This document shows, piece after piece, positions 27,456 to 37,560 of a stretch of 64,000 nucleotides of DNA (positions are counted from its first letter, which is position 1; each line of letters begins with the position of its first letter). Source of the DNA: Kaistella sp. (GTDB lineage Bacteria > Bacteroidota > Bacteroidia > Flavobacteriales > Weeksellaceae); assembly GCA_019459085.1 (NCBI GenBank), contig JAIBEW010000034.1, positions 18,767 through 82,766 of the forward strand, read 5' to 3'. Position numbers and translations under genes: made by a program. The notes beneath the pieces were generated by a model that did no database searches, was not told where the DNA came from, and was given only the letters and a program-made list of their open reading frames with translations.

Positions 27456-28745
27456 ATGAAGCATCAAATTGCCATTATCGGCTTAGGATATGTCGGATTG
27501 CCTTTAGCCAGGCTTCTGGCTGAACAATATCCTGTTGTAGGATTCGATATCCACCGGAAAAGGGTGGATGAACTGAATGCGGGTCAGGATCTGACCCTCG
27601 AAGTCTCCAATACGCTACTCCAGTCCGTTATTTGTAAAGAGCACCCGTTTGTGAATAAAGTGGAGCACGGGCTATACTGTACAACGAATGCTGATGATCT
27701 CGCCGAAGCCAATACTTATATTGTAACGGTTCCTACTCCGGTTGATAAAAATAACCGACCAGATCTGACGCCTTTGTACAAAGCATCGGAAACCGTAGGA
27801 AAAGTTCTGAAAAAAGGAGATATCGTCATTTATGAATCGACGGTTTACCCTGGCGTCACCGAAGAGGAATGTGTCCCGGTTCTTGAAAAGGTATCCGGAT
27901 TAAAGTTTAATGAAGATTTCTTCTGCGGGTATTCTCCGGAACGGATCAACCCGGGTGATAAGGAAAAAACGGTCGAGAAGATCCTTAAAGTAACCTCCGG
28001 TTCCACTCCTGAAATCGGTAGAGTGGTGGATGACCTATACAAGTCTGTTATAACCGCAGGTACCCACCTGGCGCCCACTATTAAAGTAGCTGAGGCTTCC
28101 AAAGTGATTGAAAATGCCCAGCGGGACATCAATATTGCCTTCGTTAATGAACTGGCCAAAATTTTCTCCCTTATGGGAATCGATACACAGGAAGTGCTGA
28201 AAGCAGCCGGTACCAAATGGAATTTCCTGCCTTTTAAGCCGGGTTTGGTAGGCGGACACTGCATTGGTGTTGATCCATTTTATCTAGCGCAAAAGGCTCA
28301 GGAAATCGGGTATTATTCCGAACTGATCCTGGCTGCAAGACGTCTGAATGATTCAATGGGAGCTTTTGTGGCCTCACAGGTCGTAAAATTAATGATTAAA
28401 AAAGGGATTCTGATTAAGGGGGCCAAAGTGCTCAATCTGGGGATTACGTTCAAAGAGAACTGTCCCGATATCCGGAACACCAAAGTAATTGATGTGATTC
28501 AAAGTTTGGCAGATTATGGAGTGGAGGTGATCACTTATGATCCATGGGCTGATCCTGATGAAGTATTCCATGAATATGGATTAAGGGTGATCTCCGAATT
28601 GGCCCTTACTCAAAAATACGATGCGATTATTCTTACAGTGGCCCACAATGAGTTTTTAAAACTAAATCTGAACGATTATATTTCAGATGTCGGGGTTATT
28701 TATGATGTTAAGGGCATACTCAGTTCTGCTGATGGAAAACTCTGA
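27456..28745 (+). CDS. UDP-N-acetyl-hexosamine 6-dehydrogenase (TviB/WbpO/WbpA-like nucleotide-sugar dehydrogenase)
   Basis: 429 aa. Rossmann motif IAIIGLGYVGLPLA and catalytic region GLVGGHCIGVDP. The sugar specificity cannot be set from sequence by eye. Confidence 0.8.
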   Translation: MKHQIAIIGLGYVGLPLARLLAEQYPVVGFDIHRKRVDELNAGQDLTLEVSNTLLQSVICKEHPFVNKVEHGLYCTTNADDLAEANTYIVTVPTPVDKNNRPDLTPLYKASETVGKVLKKGDIVIYESTVYPGVTEEECVPVLEKVSGLKFNEDFFCGYSPERINPGDKEKTVEKILKVTSGSTPEIGRVVDDLYKSVITAGTHLAPTIKVAEASKVIENAQRDINIAFVNELAKIFSLMGIDTQEVLKAAGTKWNFLPFKPGLVGGHCIGVDPFYLAQKAQEIGYYSELILAARRLNDSMGAFVASQVVKLMIKKGILIKGAKVLNLGITFKENCPDIRNTKVIDVIQSLADYGVEVITYDPWADPDEVFHEYGLRVISELALTQKYDAIILTVAHNEFLKLNLNDYISDVGVIYDVKGILSSADGKL

Positions 28746-28869
28746 TTATAAATGGGGAGTATTCACCTTGAGTTAATTTTTTTTTTAGACTTAAAAACCA
28801 GATATTCTTAAAGAACATATTTGCGATCAAGTAAAAGCGGAAGTTCATAATCAATTCAAAAAAACACAC

Positions 28870-29958
28870 ATGATACCCATTATAAAACCTTTTATCCCCC
28901 CTAAAGAAAAATTGATGCCTCGTTTAGAAGAGATTATCTATAGCGGATATATTGCTGAAGGAGAAACTGTAGTAGAATTTGAAAAAAAATTGAGTGATTT
29001 GCTGGGTAATCCCTATTGCCTCACTGTAAATTCAGGTACTGCTGCTTTACATATTGCGTTAAACCTTATCGGGGTCAAAGACGGTGACGAGGTCATAAGC
29101 ACCGCTTTAACTGCTGAGCCAACAAACACTACCATATTGTTAACCGGTGCTAAAGTTGTATTTGCGGATGTAGAGGTTGAAACTGGTTTAATATCGCCTG
29201 ACTCTATTGAACAAAACATAAACCCAAACACCAAAGCCATAATGGTGGTGCACTATGCCGGCATGGTCTGCGATATGGACAGAATTAATGCCATCTCAGA
29301 AAAGTACGGTATTCCGGTTATAGAAGATGCTGCACATGCCTTTTTAAGTACATATAACGGACAATACATTGGTAATAACTCTGCATATACATGCTTTTCT
29401 TTTCAGGCCATAAAGCACCTGACGACTATTGACGGTGGGCTTTTATGCCTCAAAAATGAAGAAGAATTCACCAGAGCGCGAAAAATGAGGTGGTTCGGTC
29501 TCGATAAAAAGGTTTCACGATTAGACAGTGATATTACCGAGGCAGGATACAAATACCACATGAACAATGTGAATGCCACGGTAGGTCTTGTACAGCTGGA
29601 ATTCCTGAAAGAAAATGTATTAAAATATATTGAAAACGGGGAATATTTTGACCAAGAATTACAGAACATTGATGGTCTTACCTTGTTGCCCTACTATCCA
29701 AATACAAAACCAAGCTATTGGCTATATACAATGAAGGTTGAAAGAAGAGCTGCTTTTATCGCGATGATGACTGCTAAGGGTATGGGAGCCTCACCATTAC
29801 ATTTGCGCAATGACAAACACAGCGTTTTTAATGCGCCAATGGGTGTCACGCCTAATCTGGATTTGTTCTATGAGGAGTTTGTCCATATTCCGTGCGGTTG
29901 GTGGCTAACAGAGGAAGATAGAAAATTTATTGTGGATACTATAAAACAAGGATGGTGA
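28870..29958 (+). CDS. DegT/DnrJ/EryC1/StrS-family sugar aminotransferase
   Basis: 362 aa. Motifs NSGTAALHIAL, IEDAAHAF and CFSFQAIKHLTTIDGG (Schiff-base Lys present). Confidence 0.85.
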   Translation: MIPIIKPFIPPKEKLMPRLEEIIYSGYIAEGETVVEFEKKLSDLLGNPYCLTVNSGTAALHIALNLIGVKDGDEVISTALTAEPTNTTILLTGAKVVFADVEVETGLISPDSIEQNINPNTKAIMVVHYAGMVCDMDRINAISEKYGIPVIEDAAHAFLSTYNGQYIGNNSAYTCFSFQAIKHLTTIDGGLLCLKNEEEFTRARKMRWFGLDKKVSRLDSDITEAGYKYHMNNVNATVGLVQLEFLKENVLKYIENGEYFDQELQNIDGLTLLPYYPNTKPSYWLYTMKVERRAAFIAMMTAKGMGASPLHLRNDKHSVFNAPMGVTPNLDLFYEEFVHIPCGWWLTEEDRKFIVDTIKQGW

Positions 29959-31028
29959 TGATTCCTTTATATAAACCTTTTATGCCCGAGATACCGCTTG
30001 TAAACGAAATCATGCATAGTGGTCAGCTGGCTTATGGCAAATACGGAAGAGAATTTGAAAGTGAACTCAGAAGTTATTTTGGTGTGAAGAGTCTGCTGGC
30101 TACAAATACCTTCAATATGGCGATTCTTCTTACCATGACAACTCTGGGTTTAAAACCAGGTGATAGTGCAATTGTGTCGCCAATGGCTTGCCTGGCATCT
30201 ACTCAACCCCTCTTATCTCTTGGCATCAAAATTATATGGGCAGATGTTGACCCGCAGCTGGGAACACTGGACCCGGAAAGTGTCAGAAGATTAGTAAAGC
30301 ATAATCCTAAAGTGATTATTCACAATCACTTTTGCGGCTATCCCGGCCATATTGACGAGATTAATTCTATTGGAAAAGAATTTGGAATTCCGGTAGTAGA
30401 TGATGGAATTGAAGCGTTCGGAAGTGAATACAAAGGGAACAGAATAGGGAATGTGGGGACCGATGTAACTATCTTTTCTTTCAACCCGGTACGTTTCCCA
30501 AATACCCTTGATGGAGGAGCAGTGGTCTTTAAGGATGAAGAGTTGTATAAAAAGAGTATATTGGTAAGAGATGCGGGTATTGACCGCTCCCGTTTCAGAG
30601 ATGACCTGGGCGAAATAAGTCCTCAATGTGATATTGAAATAGTGGGTCACAGTGCTACTCCCATGGAGTTGAACAGTTACATTGGTGTGCAGCAAATGAA
30701 GCAAGCCGGCAGGATCCTGCAATCACAGCGCATTAATGCTCAATCCTGGGATGCTAGACTTAAAGCGGAGGGAAACGTAAGTATTGTTAAGCTTTCCGAA
30801 ACCCTGCCTAACTACTGGGTGTATGGTGTTTTAGCAAAAGACAAAAGGAAAACAATAATTGATTTCAGAGAAAAAGGGTTTTATGCATCCGGGGTACATA
30901 TCAACAATAATATATACAGTGTTTTTGGCGATAAAACTGAACTAAACGGCGTAAATGATTTTTATAATAGCTTTGTTGCGTTACCTTGTGGTTGGTGGAT
31001 GGAAAAAGAGGAAATCCTATGGAAATAA
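29958..31028 (+). CDS. DegT-family paralogue lacking the Schiff-base lysine (Arg at the equivalent position)
   Basis: MIPLYKPFMP parallels MIPIIKPFIP of the upstream gene. The ATG at 29958 overlaps the upstream TGA. The motif IFSFNPVRFPNTLDGG has an Arg codon (cgt, 30492-30494) where family members have Lys. The GTAAL and DAAHA motifs are also degenerate (TNTFNMAILL, DDGIEAF). Confidence 0.7.
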   Translation: MIPLYKPFMPEIPLVNEIMHSGQLAYGKYGREFESELRSYFGVKSLLATNTFNMAILLTMTTLGLKPGDSAIVSPMACLASTQPLLSLGIKIIWADVDPQLGTLDPESVRRLVKHNPKVIIHNHFCGYPGHIDEINSIGKEFGIPVVDDGIEAFGSEYKGNRIGNVGTDVTIFSFNPVRFPNTLDGGAVVFKDEELYKKSILVRDAGIDRSRFRDDLGEISPQCDIEIVGHSATPMELNSYIGVQQMKQAGRILQSQRINAQSWDARLKAEGNVSIVKLSETLPNYWVYGVLAKDKRKTIIDFREKGFYASGVHINNNIYSVFGDKTELNGVNDFYNSFVALPCGWWMEKEEILWK

Positions 31029-31516
31029 AATTCATCCCGCATGCAAAATGTTCTGATAATTTATTGTATAAAATAAGTGCATTAAAAAAACAGCACTGGA
31101 ATTATCCTGTGCAGGAACACCTGAGATGGTTTAAAGCAAACCTCAGCGCTGATGACGTCCATGTCTGTGTTTTTATAGATGGGTCCTTAATCGCCTATAC
31201 CACGGTCTTAAATATTGAATATAAAATACAGAACGTAGCTGCAACAGCTCTTGGAATCGGAAGCGTATGTGTAGACAAAGAATATCTGAATCAGAAATAT
31301 GGATTTTTTGTCGTTCAGGCGGCTACAATTTATATATTACGCCAGAATATACTTGGGTTCCTATTGTGCAAGGATGATTTAGTGCCTTTTTATGAAAAAA
31401 ATAATTGGGCTAGGTATGCGGGAGATGTTACAATCGCTGGCTTTAACAAGTATTGTAACCTATTAACAACCCAACCCATTAGTGCTGAAAAAATTACATT
31501 AAATAAACCTTTTTAA
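31019..31516 (+). CDS. small GNAT-like acyltransferase (tentative)
   Basis: 165 aa from the ATG at 31019, which overlaps the upstream stop. The segment IAYTTVL...LGIGSVCVDKEYLNQKYGFFVV is reminiscent of GNAT beta4/alpha3. Weak call. Confidence 0.4.
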   Translation: MEIKFIPHAKCSDNLLYKISALKKQHWNYPVQEHLRWFKANLSADDVHVCVFIDGSLIAYTTVLNIEYKIQNVAATALGIGSVCVDKEYLNQKYGFFVVQAATIYILRQNILGFLLCKDDLVPFYEKNNWARYAGDVTIAGFNKYCNLLTTQPISAEKITLNKPF

Positions 31517-33003
31517 TGAACGGAACTTCCGCTCCCGGATATAAGGGAATCTTTAAATCAACATTTTTATTCAGTTTCGTGCAGGTAATTAATATACTTG
31601 TTAAAATTGTCCTGAATAAGATTGTTGCCGTACTGTTGGGTGCGGAAGGGGTGGGAATTATTGGGATTTACAATTCTACTGTAGTCCTTTTGCGGACAGG
31701 GGCAGATCTGGGTTTTTCGCAAAGTGCAGTGCGCGATATCTCCGAAGCCAATAACAGTAATGACCTGGTTGGATTCTCACGAAAAGTCATTATTGTTAAC
31801 CGGGTGATATTATTTACAAGCGTATTGGGAATTGTGCTAACGATTGGTCTTTCGCCATGGTTAAGCCAATGGACACTCGGCGACAATAGTTATACGGTAG
31901 CATATATTTGGCTGGCAATTGTGGTGGGACTTAATATTCTGACTGAAGGGCAGCTTGCTATCCTGAAGGGAATGCGACAGCTGCGGGCTCTGGCAAAGGC
32001 CAGTATTATTGGGTCGGTCGTTGGTCTTGTGTCGGGTGCACCTATGTATTATTTTTTCGGGATGAACGGGATTGTTCCTTCTTTAATCATCACCGCACTA
32101 TCTGCTCTGTTTTTTTCAAACTACTTTGTAAAAAAGGTAAAATACGATAAAGTTGATATTACAATAACCCAAACAATTAAAGAAGCATCTCCGATGATTA
32201 AGATGGGGATTGCCTTCATGGTTGTCGCTTTTTCAAGTAATCTTTTTAGCCTTATTATTTCAGCATACCTGCGATCAAATGCAGGATTGGAAACTGTAGG
32301 CTATTATCAGGCAGGACTCACAATAATAGGCAGTTATTTTGGGATAGTAATTGCTTCTATGATGACCGACTACTACCCTCGAATATCTGCAGTAAATTCT
32401 GACAACGTCAAATTAAAGCAAGAAGTAAACACACAATCGGAAGTTGGCTTAACGTTATTAGCACCCATTCTTGTGTTCTTTATTTTTTTGTCGCCCTATT
32501 TAATAAAATTGCTATACTCTGGAGATTTTATAAAATCAATCCTATATACTGATTATGCTATTTTTGGATCGATCATTATTGTATGTTCCAATAGTTTAGA
32601 TATGATTCTTTTGGCCAAACAGAAAGCAGGACTTTTCATTACGACCAGCATAGTACAGCGAGTAATTGTAATTTTTATTTACATTTTATTATTTAATAAA
32701 TATGGATTGGTAGGATTAGGAATATCTTATTTTATAATGAGCCTTATTCACCTTCTGTTTATGTCTGTTATAATGGGTAAATTGTATAATATCACACTAA
32801 ATATTCGAGTTATTATGCATCTGATTATTGTTTTGGGATGGGGAATTCTGTCTTTAGTTATACGGAACATGGACAATACGATTTTCATATTTATATTAAA
32901 GATAATGATTTCTATAGGAGCCCTTTCCTATTCATATATCTATTTACAGAAAATAATGGGAATTAATTTAGGTAACATTGTATCGAAATTCATCAAGAAG
33001 TGA
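31516..33003 (+). CDS. wzx: oligosaccharide flippase (Wzx / MOP superfamily), locus 1
   Basis: 495 aa, polytopic (about 12-14 TM). The N-terminal FKSTFLFSFVQVINILVKIVLNKIVAVLLG is typical of polysaccharide biosynthesis flippases. TAATG overlap with the upstream gene. Confidence 0.75.
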   Translation: MNGTSAPGYKGIFKSTFLFSFVQVINILVKIVLNKIVAVLLGAEGVGIIGIYNSTVVLLRTGADLGFSQSAVRDISEANNSNDLVGFSRKVIIVNRVILFTSVLGIVLTIGLSPWLSQWTLGDNSYTVAYIWLAIVVGLNILTEGQLAILKGMRQLRALAKASIIGSVVGLVSGAPMYYFFGMNGIVPSLIITALSALFFSNYFVKKVKYDKVDITITQTIKEASPMIKMGIAFMVVAFSSNLFSLIISAYLRSNAGLETVGYYQAGLTIIGSYFGIVIASMMTDYYPRISAVNSDNVKLKQEVNTQSEVGLTLLAPILVFFIFLSPYLIKLLYSGDFIKSILYTDYAIFGSIIIVCSNSLDMILLAKQKAGLFITTSIVQRVIVIFIYILLFNKYGLVGLGISYFIMSLIHLLFMSVIMGKLYNITLNIRVIMHLIIVLGWGILSLVIRNMDNTIFIFILKIMISIGALSYSYIYLQKIMGINLGNIVSKFIKK

Positions 33004-33059
33004 AGTCAGTAAGTGTTTCACGTTTTGATAACAAATTTTATAGAGTAATTTGAAAGTTT

Positions 33060-34241
33060 ATGGCATATTTAGTTAGTATAATTGTTCCCACGAAAGACCG
33101 TTACGAATACCTTAAACCCCTCATAAGTCTGGTTAAAGGATTTGACAGTGATGAAATAGAATTGGTAATACAGGACAATACCCACGACAATATAGAAATA
33201 CTGGACTTTATTGAGCATCTCAATTATCAACACCTCAAATATTTTCATACACCTGATCAAATATCAGTAGCAAAAAATGCAGATCTGGCAATTTTAAATT
33301 CTACCGCGCCTTATGTCTGCTTTATAGGAGATGACGACGGTGTTAGCGGACATATTATTTCTGCCGTAAAATGGATGGAGCGGAATGAGGTTGATGTTCT
33401 GAAATCTACAATGATGTCTTATAAATGGCCGTCCTTCAATTTCTCTAAAATTGCCGATTTTTCTGCTGTTTTAATGATGGGTGTTTACGATAAAAGTGTA
33501 CAGAAATTAGATCCCCTGAATGAACTCAGAAAAAGCTTAGGTAAAGGAGGAGGTGGTGTCGCTTTTCTGCCTAAAGTGTACCATGGCATAGCGAAACGCA
33601 GTACCCTGGATAAAGTGTATCGGGTAGGAGGTACTTTTTTCCCCGGTGCCTCGCCCGATATTGCAAATGCTGTAGCTATGTGTTTTGTTGTTGAAAATTT
33701 TGTTTATCTGGATTTTCCGATTGTTATTCCGGGTAATTCGAACAGAACCGGGGGAGATGCCCAAAAATATAAAGGACAGTGCGCGCCAATTTCTGAAATT
33801 TCCTTTTTACCGAAAGACACCGAAAAAAACTGGGAGAACTTTATACCCAAGGTTTGGGCCGCTGAAACAATCATGCCTGAAAGTGCCTGCAAATCATTAA
33901 AATACATGGGTAAGGAAGATCTGATCAAAGAATACTTTGGCAGAGAATGGATGCTGGCTTATTTTGTGCTTGGCCATCCGGAACTGAAGCAAATGGCATT
34001 AGAAAAATCAACAAATAAGATTAAACTCAATTATCTTATATTTCAGTTGCTGATCATTAAATATTTCAGGGCAATTTATAATAAATTTGCTTATAAAATG
34101 TTTTCCATGGTTTATTATACCGGCGGTCATACCGGGGGTATATTCAATATCAGAAATTATTACAGCGTATCTAAAAATTTACAGACTATACACGACGCAA
34201 ATAATTTGATAATGAAAAAAGAAAAAGAGTTGCAGGTGTAG
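33060..34241 (+). CDS. glycosyltransferase family 2
   Basis: 393 aa. N-terminal VSIIVPTKDRYEYL and a DxD-like FIGDDDG motif. Confidence 0.75.
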   Translation: MAYLVSIIVPTKDRYEYLKPLISLVKGFDSDEIELVIQDNTHDNIEILDFIEHLNYQHLKYFHTPDQISVAKNADLAILNSTAPYVCFIGDDDGVSGHIISAVKWMERNEVDVLKSTMMSYKWPSFNFSKIADFSAVLMMGVYDKSVQKLDPLNELRKSLGKGGGGVAFLPKVYHGIAKRSTLDKVYRVGGTFFPGASPDIANAVAMCFVVENFVYLDFPIVIPGNSNRTGGDAQKYKGQCAPISEISFLPKDTEKNWENFIPKVWAAETIMPESACKSLKYMGKEDLIKEYFGREWMLAYFVLGHPELKQMALEKSTNKIKLNYLIFQLLIIKYFRAIYNKFAYKMFSMVYYTGGHTGGIFNIRNYYSVSKNLQTIHDANNLIMKKEKELQV

Positions 34242-34306
34242 TGTATTGCCGAAAGTAATAATTTTAATCCTCCTAATTTTTGTATTTTTGTTTATATTCA
34301 CGCATT

Positions 34307-34711
34307 ATGGAATCTCCCCAAATCATTAACCTCCCCAAAATCCTGGATAAAAGGGGAAACCTGTCTTTTTTCGAGTACCCTAAACAGCTTCCGTTTGAAA
34401 TCGCAAGAACGTACTGGATTTATGATGTTCCGGGCGGAGAAACCCGTGGCAGCCATGCCTTTATGAACCAGCAGGAATTTATAGTAGCATTGTCGGGCAG
34501 TTTTGATGTTGTGCTTCACGACGGCGAGAAAGAAATGCGTTTTTCTCTGAACCGGTCGTATTACGGATTATTTATCCCCAATAAGTACTGGAGGCGAATG
34601 GAGAATTTTTCTACGAATTCTCTCGCACTGATAGTTTCGGACAGAGCCTTTGATGAGAATGATTATATTCGGGATTTCAACCAATTTAAAACAATCAGAG
34701 ATGAAAGATAA
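34307..34711 (+). CDS. WxcM/FdtA-like cupin (sugar 3,4-ketoisomerase family), copy 1, HAF variant
   Basis: 134 aa from the ATG at 34307. Motifs LDKRGNLSFFE and WIYDVPGGETRGSHAF. The second His of the HxH pair is Phe. Confidence 0.7.
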   Translation: MESPQIINLPKILDKRGNLSFFEYPKQLPFEIARTYWIYDVPGGETRGSHAFMNQQEFIVALSGSFDVVLHDGEKEMRFSLNRSYYGLFIPNKYWRRMENFSTNSLALIVSDRAFDENDYIRDFNQFKTIRDER

Positions 34712-35117
34712 ACGTACTGTTTTTGACTGCTCGGTCATCGATTTGGGAAAAATTTCACACGAAGAAGGAAATCTTACTGTTGTGGAAAATTCAGATTTTC
34801 CTTTTAAAGTACGGCGCGTGTTTTATCTCTACGACATTGCGGGAGGCGAGAGCCGCGGTGCACATGCCCACAAAGAATGCCACCAATTTCTTATTGCTGC
34901 ATCGGGCAGTTTTGAAGTTTCGCTCGACGACGGTAAATTTAAAAGGCAGGTTTTTTTGAACCGTCCTGATTTGGGCCTTCACATTCCGCCAGGGGTGTGG
35001 GCTTCTGAAGTGAATTTTTCCTCTGGTGCGATTTGTTTGGTCCTTGCCTCGCATGCATACAGTGAAGGGGATTACTTAAGAAATTTTGATGAATTTTTAA
35101 ATTTTAGAGATGAATAA
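34701..35117 (+). CDS. WxcM/FdtA-like cupin (sugar 3,4-ketoisomerase family), copy 2, HAH intact
   Basis: 138 aa from the ATG at 34701, overlapping the upstream gene by 11 nt. Motifs EEGNLTVVE and YLYDIAGGESRGAHAHK. Confidence 0.75.
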   Translation: MKDKRTVFDCSVIDLGKISHEEGNLTVVENSDFPFKVRRVFYLYDIAGGESRGAHAHKECHQFLIAASGSFEVSLDDGKFKRQVFLNRPDLGLHIPPGVWASEVNFSSGAICLVLASHAYSEGDYLRNFDEFLNFRDE

Positions 35118-35526
35118 TTATTTAGGAAAAACTGCCCATTTCAGCAAAACTTTAAGTGAAACTGATTTATACTTGTATGCAGGAATTACAGGTGATTTGA
35201 ATCCCGTGCATGTTGATGAAGAATATGCCAAAAAAACAAAGTTTAAAAAACGGATTGCGCATGGACTTTTAACTGCCTCGTACATTTGTATGCCTTTAGG
35301 GATGTACTTACCGGGGCCGGGAACTATACAGATTTCCCAGTTTCTGGATTTTGTAAGACCTGTTTATATTGGAGACACCATCAGTGTTCATCTGGAAGTG
35401 ACCGAAATTTTGGAAAAAGGAAGGTTAAAAATTAGAACGCTGTTAAAAAATCAAAATGAAGAAATCGTAATTGATGGATATGCCATAGTAATTCCCCCTA
35501 GAAAAACTGACCATGAAATTCAATAA
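35110..35526 (+). CDS. MaoC-like (R)-specific enoyl-CoA hydratase / hotdog-fold dehydratase
   Basis: 138 aa. Motif FSKTLSETDLYLYAGITGDLNPVHVDEEYAKKTKFKKRIAHGLL (hydratase 2 motif). Confidence 0.8.
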   Translation: MNNYLGKTAHFSKTLSETDLYLYAGITGDLNPVHVDEEYAKKTKFKKRIAHGLLTASYICMPLGMYLPGPGTIQISQFLDFVRPVYIGDTISVHLEVTEILEKGRLKIRTLLKNQNEEIVIDGYAIVIPPRKTDHEIQ

Positions 35527-36286
35527 CCGCAATGTCTATATTGACAAAAGTGTAGTATTAGGAAAGAATGTGAAAATCGGTGATAATACGGTGATCTATC
35601 CCAATGTGGTTATCGGTGATAATACCGTTATTTCCAATGATTGTGTGATTGGAGAACCTCCTTCTTCTTATTACAGAGATTTTGATCATTTTGTAAATCC
35701 TAAAACCCTTATCGGTGCAAACAGTCTAATAAGAAGTCACTGCATTATTTACGCAGGCTCGGTATTCGGTGATGGTCTCATGACCGGACACCGGGCAACG
35801 GTACGTGAAAAATCTAAATTCGGAAAGAACTGTCTCATCAGTACTTTGGTTGATGTACAGGGAAATTGCGAAGTAGGGGATTACAGTAGGTTGTACAGCA
35901 ACGTCCATATCGGCGAACTTACCAAATTGGGGAATTATGTATTCATTTTCCCCTATACCGTATTCACCAATGATCCACAACCCCCTTCCAATTCACTTGT
36001 AGGCGCAGAAGTGGGGGATTTCAGTATTGTTACCGTCCACTGCAGTGTCTTACCCGGAGTTAAAATAGGAAGTAATTGTTTGATTGGAGCAAATTCAGTA
36101 GTTTCCAGGGATATTGATGATTTCAGTTTTGCAGTTGGATCACCTGCAAAAACAAACGTTGACATCCGGGAAATCTCCTCTAAGGATAATTTGGATGAGA
36201 AATATTATCCCTGGCCGGATAATTTTGGAAGAGGTATGCCCTGGGAAGAAATGGGATTTGAAAAGTGGAAATCAGAAAATGTATAA
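35513..36286 (+). CDS. left-handed beta-helix (hexapeptide-repeat) acyltransferase
   Basis: 257 aa. Repeated [LIV]G-x4 hexapeptides ([27 protein letters not shown]...). Confidence 0.8.
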   Translation: MKFNNRNVYIDKSVVLGKNVKIGDNTVIYPNVVIGDNTVISNDCVIGEPPSSYYRDFDHFVNPKTLIGANSLIRSHCIIYAGSVFGDGLMTGHRATVREKSKFGKNCLISTLVDVQGNCEVGDYSRLYSNVHIGELTKLGNYVFIFPYTVFTNDPQPPSNSLVGAEVGDFSIVTVHCSVLPGVKIGSNCLIGANSVVSRDIDDFSFAVGSPAKTNVDIREISSKDNLDEKYYPWPDNFGRGMPWEEMGFEKWKSENV

Positions 36287-36288
36287 AA

Positions 36289-37389
36289 ATGATTAAATTT
36301 CTAGACCTGCAGGAGATCAACATTTCTCATCAAGCAGAAATTGAGGAAAGATTACTGCGAACTTTCAGAAGTGGTTGGTATTTATTAGGGAACGAAGTAA
36401 GGACGTTCGAAAAGAACCTTGCAACATATACAGGTGCGAAATATGCAATTGGCGTAGCCAACGGTTTGGATGCTTTAAGACTTATATTAAGGGCATATCT
36501 TGAACTGGGAATAATGCAGAAAGGAGATGAAATCATTGTACCTGCGAATACCTATATAGCGTCTGTACTGGCTATTTCCGATAACGGTCTTGTTCCCGTG
36601 TTTGTAGAACCCAGCCTTGAGAACTACAATATTGATATCTCGAAAATTGAAGAAAAGGTAACCTCCCGCACAAGAGGGATTATGATTGTTCACCTTTATG
36701 GCAGAGCAGTTTTTTCAGAGGATTTAGCTGCAATAGCAACAAAGCTTGGCCTGAAGCTCATCGAAGACAACGCTCAGGCAATAGGTGCGGAATGGAACGG
36801 TATAAAGACCGGCAATCTTGGTGATGCTTCCGGTTTCAGTTTTTATCCGGGGAAGAATCTTGGAGCTTTAGGAGACGCCGGGGCAATAACGACCAATGAT
36901 GAGGAACTGGCTACCACAATACGGACACTGGCCAATTACGGATCTAAGGAGAAGTATGTTAATATGTATCAGGGTCTCAATTCAAGATTAGATGAAATTC
37001 AGGCTGCTGTTTTAGACGTAAAACTGCAATATATCGATACTGATAATCAAAGAAGAAGAGTAATCGCAAAACGCTATATTGATGAAATTAAAAATCCGGA
37101 TATCATTCTTCCGCACGGTCCCGATGATGAAACCGAACATGTGTGGCATCTCTTTGTAATACGGTGTGAAAGACGTACTCTACTTCAGAACCATCTGACT
37201 GAAAATGGAATACAGACCTTGATACATTATCCGATACCGCCACATCAGCAACAGGCATATCAGCAATTTAATCATCTCTCGCTTCCAATAACCGAACTGA
37301 TTCATGATCAAGTGCTGAGTTTACCAATCAGTCCTGTGCTGACCGATAGCGAGGTTGAGCTCGTCATTGACGGCTGCAACACTTTTTGA
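36289..37389 (+). CDS. DegT-family sugar aminotransferase (FdtB/QdtB/WecE-like)
   Basis: 366 aa from the ATG at 36289. Motifs [22 protein letters not shown] and [17 protein letters not shown] (Lys present). Confidence 0.85.
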   Translation: MIKFLDLQEINISHQAEIEERLLRTFRSGWYLLGNEVRTFEKNLATYTGAKYAIGVANGLDALRLILRAYLELGIMQKGDEIIVPANTYIASVLAISDNGLVPVFVEPSLENYNIDISKIEEKVTSRTRGIMIVHLYGRAVFSEDLAAIATKLGLKLIEDNAQAIGAEWNGIKTGNLGDASGFSFYPGKNLGALGDAGAITTNDEELATTIRTLANYGSKEKYVNMYQGLNSRLDEIQAAVLDVKLQYIDTDNQRRRVIAKRYIDEIKNPDIILPHGPDDETEHVWHLFVIRCERRTLLQNHLTENGIQTLIHYPIPPHQQQAYQQFNHLSLPITELIHDQVLSLPISPVLTDSEVELVIDGCNTF

Positions 37390-37560
37390 ACTGAGGTTTT
37401 GCACGAAGAATGGTTAGAGAGATTTTAATTTTAAAAATGATGCTTCGGTTATATAAAAAATACAGAGAAAGAATTTATACGACCTTTTTTAAGCCGGGAC
37501 TGGCCCAATAAATAACCATTTGTCTGTGTCGGCTAATTAACAACACTATTAAACTTTTAT

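Noticed and set aside
37437-37511. 24-codon ORF (MMLRLYKKYRERIYTTFFKPGLAQ) in the gap before the second GT2
   Set aside because: It is too short, has no recognisable family, and could be a remnant. It cannot be supported from sequence alone.
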